A stretch of DNA of 64,000 bases from Stegostoma tigrinum (Eukaryota): positions 54,667,553 through 54,731,552 of the forward strand of contig NC_081361.1 in the NCBI RefSeq assembly GCF_030684315.1. The letters are read 5' to 3'. The notes below the pieces were generated by a model. It was not told where the DNA came from and ran no database searches. It worked only from the letters and a program-made list of their open reading frames with translations. Positions 1 to 11,714 of this stretch are shown here, one piece after another. Within the stretch, counting starts at the first letter, position 1, and every line of letters starts with the position of its first letter. The translations under genes were made by a program, and so were the position numbers.

Positions 1-381
1 TAAATCAGAAGGTTTCTCTCTGACACAAATATACGAGGCATTAATGCCAGAGGTTATGATTAGGCATACCTCAATAGTCATGCTGGAATGTTGAGGTACA
101 GATTTTCCATCACAAAGAATAGAGTCTTGAATTGGTTTCTTGAGTCCCCTGGAGTATGTAATGACAATGTTTTAAAAGATATTGGACAATGTTTGATTAT
201 GGGGATAGTGTGAATTATCAGAATGATGGTACATTGTTTAGAAATGGTTGTTAACATATCTTGTCAAGAAGCAAGATGGCTAATACAATGGTAAATTAAT
301 AACCAAACTGAGCAGGACTGGAATTCAATTCGATTCAGCAGAATGCATGACACCTTTAAATATTTATGTGAAGAATATTAA

Positions 382-630
<249 letters not shown>

Positions 631-1049
631 ATCAGGAAAAAGATAATACAACTCTTCAACAGTTTCCTTCTGCCAACTGGCAAAATTAGTAACTATTTTT
701 AAAGGATCAGCTTCAAGAACAGACAAATTATTCTGAAAGTGGATGATGATTTCGCTATAAAACCCTGGAGGGCCAACTTGAACTTTGTGCAGAAGTGTAA
801 GATAGATAATAGAAAATTGGGAGTGATATAAAATGGGCTGCTTATTTGCTATCAACAATTTTACCATTAATTACCCTCTGGACTTCCCACCACATTGATT
901 TCCTTCTGTTCTTCCTGTTCTTTTCCATCATCCTTTTGAAGGCTGGATCTGTCATCTCAGAGTTTCAAGAGTTAGTTTATCATCTTATGCAATGATCCAT
1001 TTTTCTTGCAGACAGAAGCCAAAATTGTTCACTCAGAACAGAGAATGTA

Positions 1050-1400
1050 GTGGAATGAAGGTGTACAAAATTATGCAGAGTTTTGACAGAATGAATTGAA
1101 AAACTGTTTTCTGTAACAAGAGAGTTGATAGCCAAGAGGTAGAGATTTAGATAATCAGCAAAAAAAAGTAAAAAGAGAAGATTCTTTATTTAATGAGTTG
1201 TCATGATCTGCAATATATTGCCTGAAGGAGTGATGGAAGCAAATTCAATAATAATTTTCAAAAGGAATAGGATACATACTTGAAAAAGCTATAGAAAAGA
1301 GCGAAAGACAATAGACTAACTAAATAGTTGTTACATTATGCTAGCACAGGCACAATATGCTAAATGACTTCCTTATTTTCTCTAGAAATCTACGATTAAA
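1050..1400 (+). mobile_element. Old CR1-type LINE 3' fragment
   Basis: Degenerate match to the CR1 3' ends seen elsewhere in the window (e.g. 24830-25335). Confidence 0.55.
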
Positions 1401-3014
1401 TGATATACACTATCACACTAAGTCAACATCCTTATGACTTTAATAGGTATAAAATACTGTTGATAATGTTTTTCACAATTTCTGCTGTGTCTTTTTGTAT
1501 GCTGTTGCAAACAAAAATATTGGATATATGACAATGATTGCAATGCAGGAATCTCATCAAGTAATTGAGGTGATGACAAAAATCATTCAGTAATGCTTGG
1601 ACAGTTTACTTTTGTTACCAAAACCCTGATGTAAAAGCCATTCACTTTATATCATGGTATATGTTATAGAATTGGAGGTAGTCATTTTATTTGTTTTATG
1701 TTTTTACTTTACAAACTGTGACAAATTCAAACACATTGACAATTTATATGACATGCACATTTTTAACAAGCAACTGGTTATCTTCATTACCTGGTAAAAC
1801 AATTTCTCAACATCCTTGGCAATGCTAAAGATGTTTTCCTTTTTCCAAAATTGAGCAAATTAGAGATTGTGTTTTTGAGGCAATGTTATCTCAGTGCTCA
1901 TAACGCCAGTAAAAATGCTGAACTGAAACGATTTACTTTAGAAATTATTTCACTTTTCCCTGCAGGATGGTGCTGTTCTTTTGGCTTTTGTGTTAGGCGT
2001 GAAATAAAGATAGGGAGAAAAGGCTGGATGTAAACACACAGATGTGCATGAACAGCTAAAGCTTAGCATTTCATAGAATCATTGAAACTAATAGCTCATA
2101 AAAGGCTATTTCACCCATTAGGTCTATGTAGATACAAAGTCTTTAACTGGGGTATCAACTCAAATCCTTTTAATTCCTATCTGCATTGATGGCTTATTGG
2201 TTGTTTTAATTAATGCAAATCAATAGAATAGAATTCAACAGTTTATTATAAAGGAGGAATGTCTAGCATGTTATAAGACATTAATTAATAAATTTACTAA
2301 TCATAATTTTCTTGTGGATTGCCTACAAACCCTACATGTTCACTTCAAAGCCTACCTATCACACTTTTCAGTAATTAAATCATAATTGTTTTTATTATAA
2401 TTATTCACAGTATTGTTCTAATATAGGCAAGTGCTTGCTATCTATCTTTGATTTACAAAAGATATTGACTCAGCGTTTATCCAACCAAATCAGCCTCCCA
2501 TGCACCTACCGATAGCCACTCTTGCATTCCCATATTGTGGCTATTGTTCAGGAGAACACAATGCTGTCATCATCTTTGTCAGTATATTCTCTTATAATTT
2601 TCCTGCTCCCTTTACTATGTCATCCACAAACCATTACATCCAGAGCCCTGCCTTCAAGAAAATTGAGGGAGCCAAAACGATAACAGTATTAATGAAAATT
2701 GAAAATACCATAACAAATTCATGAGAAAAACTTTAAATGCCACGTAATGAAATTTATTGTGAACAATAGGGATCAAGAAAGTTTAAAGATGAAGTTTGGA
2801 GCCCACATTTCACTTAGTTGTTGAAGCACAAACAGCAAAAGGTGCATCAACAGCACCTTTCCTGCTCTGCTCACTTTATCTTTCAATGATGTCTCTGCAA
2901 ATCATGTGAAGAGGAACTGAGCTGAATTTGCTGCTTTCAGTTAATGCAGTGAGGGTGAAGGCTCAGCACCTGTAAAAAAGCAAGACAAACATCTGCTACT
3001 GTTTTCAAAACACT

Positions 3015-3180
3015 GAGATAAATGCGGATGTTGGGAATCAGAAACAAAAGCAAACATTGCTGGAAAATCTCAGTATGTCTGGCAGCATCTGTGGAGACAA
3101 AACAGAGTTAACAATTCAGGTCCAGTTCTAAAAGGGGTCTCTGGACCCAAAACATTGACTCTGCTTTCTCTCTGCAGCTA
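3015..3180. mobile_element. Degenerate PLE-derived inverted-repeat element
   Basis: ...ggcagcatctgtggagacaaaacagagttaac...ggggtctctggacccaaaacattgactctgc: same arms and decayed hammerhead-like core as the other copies. Confidence 0.6.
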
Positions 3181-4299
3181 TTGTTTTCAATCCTGATTGC
3201 TATCCATTGACCTCATTTCCATGTACAGTGCATTGTGTATTTTCATTAAAAGGGGAACAGCTTAACTTTGATGTCTTATGGTTGAGCAATTCCCCACTCT
3301 CAATGATCAAACTTGCAAATGAAGAAAAGTATTTGTGGCAATTTTTTATAGTGTCCATTTGTATTGACTTCACTGCAAGTTGTCAGCTGCAGGAGAGGAT
3401 GGGAAAAGCAAGAAAATGACAGGTAAAGTATAAGAAAAAAATAAATTCATTTGACTGAGACTAAGGCTCAGAAATTCATGGAGTCAGGAAGACCCCCTGG
3501 ACCTTTAGAAATGGCATGCAGGGCCCAACAGCAAAAGTCCCACTCAATTTCTGACAGATCCCATTTTTGCTGGGAAGTTGTATGATTTTGCTACATGGAA
3601 AACCTGAACTCATCAGGGTAATTGAAACTTATTGCTGACTTCAAACAAGCTGAATTGACTATTACTTAATCTTCTGTGATAGAGAACATAGAACATTTTC
3701 TTGAAGGGGAAAAGGTATCAGTTTAAGTGTTATGATTTGAAGCTATTTAATCCCCCCCTCTAAATTTGCAATGTAATCCAAGCACACAATTCAGTGAAAG
3801 TTTTGAAAAATATCTTCTAGGTTGCTTTAGTTAACAGAGCACCTGATGTAAGTCAGAAAAAAATGAGGACATGGTCCACAGTTTCAATTGAGTTGGTTGT
3901 TGACATTTCGCAAGGGTTGTTATTACGTTAATATGAATACTTGGCAACGTTTCAAAATCTAAAATTATCTCGGCAGGTAGTTCTGATTTCACAGCTTTAT
4001 GAACAATTTAAAGAGGCTTTCAAATAATTTCTTTGATATGGCCTTTGGATAGAAATATTCATTTTAATAACAGGTTAAACTCTTGTGGAGATTTAAAGGT
4101 TTCATTTGGTTTCCTAAATGAGCGTGTGTTCCTCTCACTATTCAGTGTATATGAGTGAAATAGATTAGATTGCTGGAAATTTATTCTGATGTTCTCAAGG
4201 CTCATCTGCAGTACGAAGCTTCCTCAGAATCTTGTATATAACATTGAGATCACTTCACATTTTTCTAAACTTCAGGAATTACAGATTCAATTTATTAAG

Positions 4300-4690
4300 C
4301 CTGTCATCATAGAACAGACCCTCATGTCACACATCAATTTACTTAACCCTTGCCTATTAATTTCTAATGCAAATATATATTTTGTTAAAAGTGGAAACAA
4401 AAACTTGACACACTGTTCCAGATGTGGAACTACTAAAGCCCTGTACAATTGTAGCCAGACTGTTTATTCCTGTGTTCAATCCCATTGTAATAAAGGCTAA
4501 CATGTCATTTGTCTTCCTAATTGTTTGATGAACCAGCAACTTGATATTTTGTGTTCCTTCTATGAATATACCCAAATCTCTCTGAACATCAACATTTATA
4601 ATTTTCACACATTTCAAAAAATATATGCATTTCTATTCTTGCAAGGAAAGTGAATGAAGGCATGGTTCTTCAGATCATACTCCATCTTCA
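4300..4690 (-). mobile_element. CR1-type LINE RT fragment
   Basis: Minus ORF 4357..4617 contains VQRDLGIF...RKTNDMLAFI, typical CR1 ORF2 post-RT segment. Confidence 0.7.
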
Positions 4691-4699
4691 GCATCATAC

Positions 4700-5410
4700 T
4701 CCATTGACTTCAGGAAGCAAGGCAGAGGGCATGTCCTATCTGCATCAATGGAGCTGAGGTGGAGATGGTCGACAGTGTCAAGGTCCTAGGGGTGATGGCC
4801 ACTGATAATCTGTCCTGGTTCACCCATGTTGAAGCTACAGTCAAGAAAGACAACAGCATCTCTACTTCCTCAAGAGGCTAAGGAAAATCGGTATATCCAC
4901 AAAGACTCTTACTAATTTTTATAAAGGCACCATAGAAAGCATTCTATCCTGATACATCATGGCTTGATATGGCAACTGATCTTCCCAGGACAGTAAGAAA
5001 CAACAGACAGTTGTGAACACAGCCAACCTTCCATCCATTGACTTCATCTATACTTCCCACTGACACAGGAAGGCAGCCAACATAATCAAAGACCCCTCCC
5101 AGCTCAGTTATAATCTCTTCCAATCTCTCCCATTGGGCAGAAGGTAACAAAGGCTTAAACACATGTAGCAATGGATCCAAGAACAACTTCTTCCCCGCTG
5201 CCGTTAGACTTCTGAATAGACCCCTCAGATTTTAAATTTAATGTTGACCTCACTCTCCAGAGCACCTTCTCTGCAGCCATAACATGATATTCTTCATTCT
5301 GTTGTATCACCATAATGCACTTTGTATTGTGTGATCTGCCTGTACTGCACGCAAAACAAAACTTTTCACTGTACCAAGGCACATATGACAATAATAAATC
5401 AAATGAAATC
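4700..5410 (+). mobile_element. Rex1/Babar-like LINE 3' fragment
   Basis: Reads as INGAEVEMVDSVKVLGV...NLSWFTHV...LYFLKRLRK...TIESIL...WYGN with frameshifts, ending in an aataaatcaaat tail. Confidence 0.75.
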
Positions 5411-5419
5411 AAAAATAAT

Positions 5420-5675
5420 CTTTTACCATGTTGCCCGGTTGCTTCATCTGCCTATGACTCTTTGCAGCCTCTCTGTCTCACCACCACAGTTTATCTTTTT
5501 ACCTAGCTTTGTATCATCAGCAAGGTTTAATGCATTGTGTTCTGATGAAGAGTCGCTGGACTTGAAGCGTTCACTGTGCTTTCTTCTCACAGATGCTGCC
5601 AGACCTGCTAAGTTTCACCAGCCATTTCTGTTTTGTTGCTTCAGATCTCCAGCATCTGCAGTTCTTTGTTTTATT
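5420..5675 (+). mobile_element. PLE 3'-end fragment with decayed hammerhead-like motif
   Basis: ctgatgaagagtcgctggacttgaagcgttc at 5542 followed by the cagatgctgccagacctgct...ccagcatctgcag arm. Confidence 0.65.
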
Positions 5676-6443
5676 TTCGACACGCTATTTACTGTCTTTT
5701 TGTCCAAATGCACAATATCGATTGTAAATAGCTGAGATCACAGAAAATGGTCATGTGGCATTCCACTGGTCACAGATCAACTTGAAAGTGCCCTTTTTGT
5801 GATCACTCCTGTCCATTGACCAATCGGCTGTCCATTCTAATACATTAGCCTGACTCTGTGAGCGTCTATCTTGCTCAATAACCTATTATGTGGCACCTCA
5901 TTTAATGCATTTTGGAAATTCATGTATGCTTCATCACTCAGCCTTTTCCTTCAGGAGACAAGGAAGTTTGGCTTGTCAAATGTTTGCTGAATATATTGGG
6001 AAATATTGTTAAAAGGTACAGATGTTCATAGATGTACACATCAGATCATTGAGGAACTGATATGGGATTTGGCGACACATGTAATCTGACACATCTACAA
6101 CAAATATTTTATGCATACAAGCAAATGGAAGGGGTGGGTGTGTACTATTTAGTCTAAAACCAGTGAAGTTGTTCAATTACATTACCTTCTGACTTGCTTC
6201 TTAGTGTTGGCGAAAGACAAGCAGCAGAACATCTGCCTGTCAGAGGCAGCAAGGGATGGGAATCTCCAAATAGAATTGAGGATATTTCATTGTGAATAAA
6301 TTATCTTTCTTTGATTCACAGGTTCACATTGTCCAGATTATGGAGAAAGAGCAGGAAAATGCTGCAATCAGGGAGGTCACTGTTAGCTTGGACAAGGTTA
6401 TAGATGTTAAGCTAAAGAGGCAAGACAAACAGAATTCTGTACT

Positions 6444-6851
6444 TCCTCTACATTGGGGAAACCAAGCGGAGGCTTGGGGACTGCTTTGCAGAATTCCACT
6501 GTACCCGGTGCGGCTTCCTCAACATTGGGGAAACCAAGTGGAGGCTTGGGGACCGCTTTGCAGAATTTCCACTGTACCCGGTGCGGCTTCCTCTACATTG
6601 GGGAAACCAAGCAGAGGCTTGGGGACCGCTTTGCAGAATCCACTGTACCCGGTGCGGCTTCCTCTACATTGGGGAAACCAAGCGGAGGCTTGGGGACCGC
6701 TTTGCAGAATCCACTGTACCCGGTGCGGCTTCCTCTACATTGGGGAAACCAAGCGGAGGCTTGGGGACCGCTTTGCAGAATCCACTGTACCCGGTGCGGC
6801 TTCCTCTACATTGGGGAAACCAAGCGGAGGCTTGGGGACCGCTTTGCAGAA
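6444..6851 (+). repeat. 71-73 bp tandem array of the GIY-YIG 'YIGET' segment (5 full units plus 1 partial)
   Basis: Unit tccactgtacccggtgcggcttcctctacattggggaaaccaagcggaggcttggggaccgctttgcagaa starts at 6495, 6568, 6639, 6710, 6781; partial unit before 6495. Confidence 0.95.
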
Positions 6852-7417
6852 CACCTCCGCTCAGTTCGCAACAAACAACTGCACCTCCCAGTCGCAAACC
6901 ATTTCCACTCCCCCTCCCATTCTCTTGATGACATGTCCATCATGGGCCTCCTGCACTGCCACAATGATGCCACCCGAAGGTTGCAGGAACAGCAACTCAT
7001 ATTCCGCCTGGGAACCCTGCAGCCATATGGTATCAATGAGGACTTCACCAGTTTCAAAATCTCCCCTTCCCCTACTGCATCCCTAAACCAGCCCAGTTCA
7101 TCCCCTCCCCCCACTGCACCACACAACCAGCCCAGCTCTTCCCCCCCACCCACTGCATCCCAAAACCAGTCCAACCTGTCTCTGCCTCCCTAACCGGTTC
7201 TTCCTCTCACCCATCCCTTCCTCCCACCCCAAGCCGCACCCCCAGCTACCTACTAACCTCATCCCACCTCCTTGACCTGTCCATCTTCCCTGGACTGACC
7301 TATCCCCTCCCTACCTCCCCACCTACACCCTCTCCACCTATCTTCTTTACTCTCCATCTTCGGTCCGCCTCCCCCTCTCTCCCTATTTATTCCAGTTCCC
7401 TCCCCCCATCCCCCTCT

Positions 7418-7445
7418 CTGATGAAGGGTCTAGGCCCGAAACGTC
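7418..7445 (+). ncRNA. Minimal hammerhead ribozyme-like motif in PLE terminal repeat
   Basis: CUGAUGA A GGGU-CUAG-GCCC GAAA CG UC; helix I is weak in this copy (about 2 bp). Confidence 0.6.
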
Positions 7446-7805
7446 AGCTTTTGTGCTCCTGAGATGCTGCTGGGCCTGCTGTGTTCATCCAGCCTCACAT
7501 TTTATTATCTTGGAATCTCCAGCATCTGCAGTTCCCATTATCTCTCTCTCTCTTCTGTACTGCATGTGCAACTTTAGTCCTTGTTGCCCTATCTCCACAG
7601 TAACCTTATGGTTCATCCATTCAGGAAATGCTCCAAAGATATGTTGGAAATATGATAGGGCTAGGCATATCAGATGAAACTGTCGATAATCACAGGCACC
7701 ACTGCCATCAGGCATAGAGATCCCATTCACTACAATGGCCTTCCCTGTTTTCCAGGCATTAAATTAATTGACTTCTTGCTGCTTGTTTCTTTTCTCACTG
7801 AGTAA

Positions 7806-8700
7806 GGGATAACTTTCAGTAATGATATAGATAATATTGGGTATTTTGACCTGAGAAGCCACAAGTTCGTCACAAAAGTTGACCATCCAGTGAAATTTCC
7901 TTCCCCTGGGATCTACCCTATCATTGGAACACTTTCAAAGGTTTTTGAAGCCATGTCTTATCTGGGAGTTTTCAAACCAGTGTGCCTCCTACATGGTTCT
8001 CCTGAGGAAGAAAGACAGAAAACTGAAGAGAAACATAAATTACTAGCCCCTGTAGAGAGAAAGCAGAGTTAGCGTTTTGAGTCCAGAGTCCCTTCTTCAG
8101 AATGGAACTTATGAACCTAGTCTCGAACCATTAACCCAGCTTTCTCTCCACGGATGCTGCCAGCCCACCGCGTTTATCCAGAAATTTCTGTTTTGTTTCA
8201 GATTTCCAGCATCTGCAGTTTTTATTTTAATTTCGTAGAAAACTGAAGATCTGGGTTAATAATCAGCCACTCAACACAAAGACTCATAAAGATGCTTACC
8301 CTGTACCCAAGGTTCAGGAAGCATTGCAATTTCTGTCAGACTTGAAACATTAATTTTATGTCTCTCTTCACAAACACTGCCAGATATGCTGAATTTCTCT
8401 AATACTTTCTATAATTGTGATAACATTCAGTTTACATTGTGTGACAGAGTCATGCATTCCACTGAGTACCCTCTTCACTTATGCAGACTGGTACCAAGAG
8501 GACACTGCAATGTTTTGTAAACAGAGAGATGGTAAACTTATGGAACTGTTAATCAACAGGCATTTGGGTTTTAGTCAGAGGAAACAATCAAATTAGACAC
8601 CTGCAGAAAAACTATTTGGAACATGTATACATGAGCTTCTTTGTTCTTTTTCTTCTCCTTCTGATGTGGATATTGCAACAGTCCACCATGAATTGGGACA
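7806..8700 (+). mobile_element. Highly decayed Ty3/Gypsy pol (RT N-terminal region) interrupted by PLE insertions
   Basis: Joining across the TSD at 8017/8237 gives MVLLRKKDRKLKIWVNNQPLNTKTHKDAYPVPKVQEALQFL (cf. Gypsy VLVRKKDGSLRxCVDYRxLNxKTxKDAYPLPRIEE); preceded by FSNDIDNIGYFDLRSHKF...MSYLGVFKP and followed by LSTLFTYADWYQ. Confidence 0.7.
8030..8236. mobile_element. PLE-derived inverted-repeat element nested in Gypsy relic
   Basis: Perfect 13-bp TSD agaaaactgaaga at 8017-8029 and 8237-8249; minus-strand ctgaagaagggactctggactcaaaacg core. Confidence 0.8.
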
Positions 8701-9014
8701 GCTACTCCATATAATAATGGACACCCCCATCCAGAATACTAGAATCTTTGCTTCAGTAACTCTGCTGAACATCTGTTTAATGACACTTGTCATGGTAATA
8801 TAGCTTCAATTTTATGAGAGCTGGCCATATCAAATTGAATTATGGGGTAAGCCAATAACCAGGTGTCACGTGGACAGCAGCTTGTATCAAGCAAACATCC
8901 TCTGGTTATTTGAAGGTGGAAAATGGTGATGTTATCATCCATTAGCATGCTTGACAGTAAACAATCTCTCAAAAGACAATGGACAGATATCAAAAAAACT
9001 TGGGATATGGGCAG

Positions 9015-9110
9015 AAGTAATAGGAATTGCAGATGCTGGAGAATCCAGCTTTTGTGCTCCTAAGATGCTGCTTGGCCTGCTGCGTTCATCCAGCTCCACA
9101 CTTTGTTATT
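9015..9110. mobile_element. Short PLE-derived inverted element
   Basis: ggaattgcagatgctggagaatcc joined to agcttttgtgctcctaagatgctgcttggcctgctg... Confidence 0.7.
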
Positions 9111-9764
9111 TGCAATATGGGTAGTTTATTGCCCCAGGAAAAACTGATAATTTCTTGCTCACAATACTTCAGGAATTTTTAAAGTATCTATTAAGATTGG
9201 GAGATAAGACAAGTATTCTTTTTGATTCGTTGTATTGTGATTTGTTTTATTTGGAATGTTAATTACTTTAGAATGTGATGCACCAACTCAGACACGTCAT
9301 TTTTTTTAACACTTGCCAAAATGAGAGCAGAGTTTCAGCGCAGGTCATTAGATGTGGATGGGTTTGGTGCTTGCTGAGTGAAATTACAACTCGTTGTAAA
9401 AAAATTACTTCTTTCCATTTTATAATTATGGAGAATCGACCATACATGCAACTGCCTCAAAGAAGAGTTGTATGATTATAATCATGTTGAATTAAAACTG
9501 CCTATTGGAGTTATATATTTTGCTAGCTGTCTCTTCACTTGTTTACTATTGTGAGTGAAAGACTGCTGGAGCAGTGGATTGGTGCAGGATGTGCTAATAT
9601 AGCATATATTCAACTGCATGAAGTGGTTTTCGATGTTTTAATATCTTTAGCCAATGATACGAATCAAACTTGTTTCTCATTTGATTGACATGCAAACCAA
9701 GATGTGGTAACAATGTTAAATACAAAAATGATGTAATAAATAGGAAGGAGGTAAGCATAATTGA

Positions 9765-9870
9765 AGATAACAAGGTGTAGAGCTGAATGAACGCAGCAGG
9801 CCAAGCAGCATCAGTGGAGTAGGAAAGCTGACGTTTTGGGCCTAGACCCTTCTGTACTTCTGAAGAAGTT
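9765..9870 (-). mobile_element. PLE terminal-repeat fragment
   Basis: agataacaaggtgtagagctg...cagcaggccaagcagcatc...gctgacgttttgggcctagaccctt arm. Confidence 0.75.
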
Positions 9871-10059
9871 TTTAAGTTTAATGTCTGAAGTATCAGCCTA
9901 GATTATGTGCTCAGATTTCTGGGATTGAACATGTTCTTAAAAATATTTTGACTCTATAAAACCACAAGTACCATCACTGAACTTAGGCTAACACCTATAA
10001 ACTGCATTGGCAGTTATTAGATAGGGCAATACAAGTTACTAAACTATTTTTTTCACTAT

Positions 10060-10885
10060 TTTGATTTTTATTGTCACATGTGCCAAAATAGAGTGAAGAG
10101 CTTTGTCTACTAGTGGTACAGTCAGATCACAACAAGCAAAGGATGTACAGACCAAAAAGACTTAGAGGCATACAGATTACATTGCAGGTTACATTATTTC
10201 AGGCTAGAGTCCATTGAACAGTCTGATAATGGCTGGGAAGAAGCTGTTCCTGAATCTGCTGATGCATGTATTCGGGCTTCGGTATCTTCTGCCGGATGGA
10301 AGAGATTGTAGGTCATTACCAGAGTGCGATTGGTCTTTGGTAGTGTCAGCCGCCTTTCCGCAGCAGTAAGCCATGTAAATACCCCCCATGGATGGAAGGT
10401 TGTCTCCCGTGATGGTCTGGGCTGTGCACACCACCTTCCGTAGTTTCTTACAGCCCTGGCAGACCAATTGCCGTACCAGACCATTCTCTACCTGACAGTA
10501 TGGTTTCAATGGCACATGTGTAGAAGTTGGTAAGGGACCTTATGGACATGCCAAATTTCCTGAGCTGCCTGAGGAAGAAGAGGTGTTGTTATGTCTTCTT
10601 GACTGCTGCATTTACATGGGACGTCCAGGACAAGTCGTTAGTTATCATCCCTCTGAGGAACTAGATGATTTTCACTCTCTCAACCTCAGTTCCATTGATC
10701 TGGATGGAGGTGTGTTCTCCTTCCTTTCTGAAGTCGATGGTCAGTTCTTTAGTTTTTCTGATCTCAAGAGACAGATTGTTTTCATTACACTGCATCACCT
10801 AGCCCTCTAACTCCCTTCAGTATTTTGACTTGTCGTTGTTAAATATCTGTTCCATTATGGGGCCGTCGTCAGCAAACTTGTCGAT
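10060..10885 (-). mobile_element. Rex1/Babar-like LINE fragment inserted in MAGOH relic
   Basis: Minus ORFs: VWYGNWSA...KKLRKVVCTAQTITG...LPSGRRYRS...RFRNSFFPAIIRL. Confidence 0.8.
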
Positions 10886-11039
10886 TAGTTGCTATTGATT
10901 CAACACAGAATTTGTCTAATAAAATCCATAATCAATCATCAGTCGATGTCAGTACATGTTTTAAGAAATTTATATTTTGTGCTGTATACTTGATTGTGAA
11001 ACCTTCTTAAATAAATAATCAGCAACGTCACATTATGTT

Positions 11040-11350
11040 GGGGAAGTCCAGAACAAAGGGGTCACAGTCTTAGAATAAGGAGTCAGCCATCCAGGACTGA
11101 GATGAGGAAAAACTTCTTTAATCAGAGTTGGGAACCTCTGGAACTCTTGTCCCATGGAAAATCGTTGAGGACAGTTCATTCGATATATTGAAGAGGGAGC
11201 TGGACGTGACCCTCTGGGATCAAAGATTCTCAGGAGAGTGCGAGAATATGATACTGAAATTGCATGATCAGCCGTGATCTTATTGACTGGTGGTGCAGGC
11301 TCGAAGGGCCGAATGGCCTAATCCTGCATCTGCTTTGAAAGTTCCTATGT
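11040..11350 (+). mobile_element. CR1-type LINE 3' end inserted at the relic exon-4 polypyrimidine tract
   Basis: ggggaagtccagaacaaaggggtcacagtcttagaataagg...ggctcgaagggccgaatggcct...ttcctatgt, a CR1 3' UTR. Confidence 0.75.
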
Positions 11351-11499
11351 TTGTAACAGGAGCTGGAGATTGTGATAGGAGATGATATTTCATTCACATA
11401 TCAGATTGGGAGTCTCATTTGTTTGCTCCTGCAGTACCTTGCTCTCATTCCAACGCGCACAACCTGGTACATGCACACCAGTAACATTGCTACGAAAGC

Positions 11500-11626
11500 A
11501 GAGCTCAGGAGAAGGGGCGGGGCTTTGCTCGATGACGACATACGTGCTGTTGGTTGGGGGCGGAGAATGTGTGTGTGTGGGGGCAGGTCACGTGGTGCCG
11601 CCGGACGCAGGAGCGCCGGCGGGACC
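11500..11626 (+). promoter_or_regulatory. MAGOH CpG-rich proximal promoter / 5' UTR
   Basis: GC box ggggcggggc at 11514-11523, second GC box near 11556, E-box CACGTG at 11589-11594, CpG enrichment through about 11850. Confidence 0.6.
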
Positions 11627-11714
11627 ATGTCGAGCGATTTCTACCTTCGCTATTACGTGGGACACAAGGGCAAGTTCGGACACGAGTTCCTGGAGTTTGA
11701 GTTCAGGCCGGACG
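11627..11714 (+). CDS. MAGOH: Protein mago nashi homolog, exon 1
   Basis: accATG; [30 protein letters not shown]; donor GTAAGA at 11715. Confidence 0.97.

Larger units (their letters stand above)
6444..7552 (+). mobile_element. 5'-truncated Penelope-like element (GIY-YIG endonuclease C-terminus, 3' UTR, hammerhead-bearing terminal repeat)
   Basis: ORF 6453..7193 ends IHCTRCGFLYIGETKRRLGDRFAEHLRSV...PVANHF...EQQLIFRLGTLQPYGIN (PLE GIY-YIG); flanked by direct repeat ttctgtact (6435-6443 / 7553-7561). Confidence 0.9.
9470..11419 (+). pseudogene. Unprocessed partial MAGOH duplicate: intron-1 end, exon-2 relic (9692-9750), intron-3 remnants, exon-4 relic (11360-11419)
   Basis: 9692-9750 reads KPRCGNNVKYKNDVINRKE|gtaagcat vs MAGOH exon 2 [19 protein letters not shown]|gtaagcat (same 59 nt; acceptor AG changed to AT). 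11360-11419 reads [20 protein letters not shown] vs exon 4 [22 protein letters not shown]. Intron matches by eye: 9636-9690 to 13785-13836, 9875-10030 to 14385-14530, 10925-11020 to 14575-14672. Confidence 0.85.

Noticed and set aside
2500-2980. Non-repetitive stretch with a minus-strand splice acceptor near 2970
   Set aside because: All frames close quickly and no protein similarity was recognised.
6444-6851. CRISPR-like array
   Set aside because: Units are contiguous with no unique spacers, encode a PLE endonuclease segment, and the context is eukaryotic.
6292-7086. 264-aa ORF preceded by a good splice acceptor (6321) as a novel host gene
   Set aside because: Its length comes from the stop-free 71-bp array and an off-frame PLE; removing the insertion gives a stop within a few codons.
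7840-7885. Possible relic of MAGOH exon 1 (FDLR..HKF resemblance)
   Set aside because: Similarity is weak and the segment fits better as the pre-RT region of the Gypsy relic.
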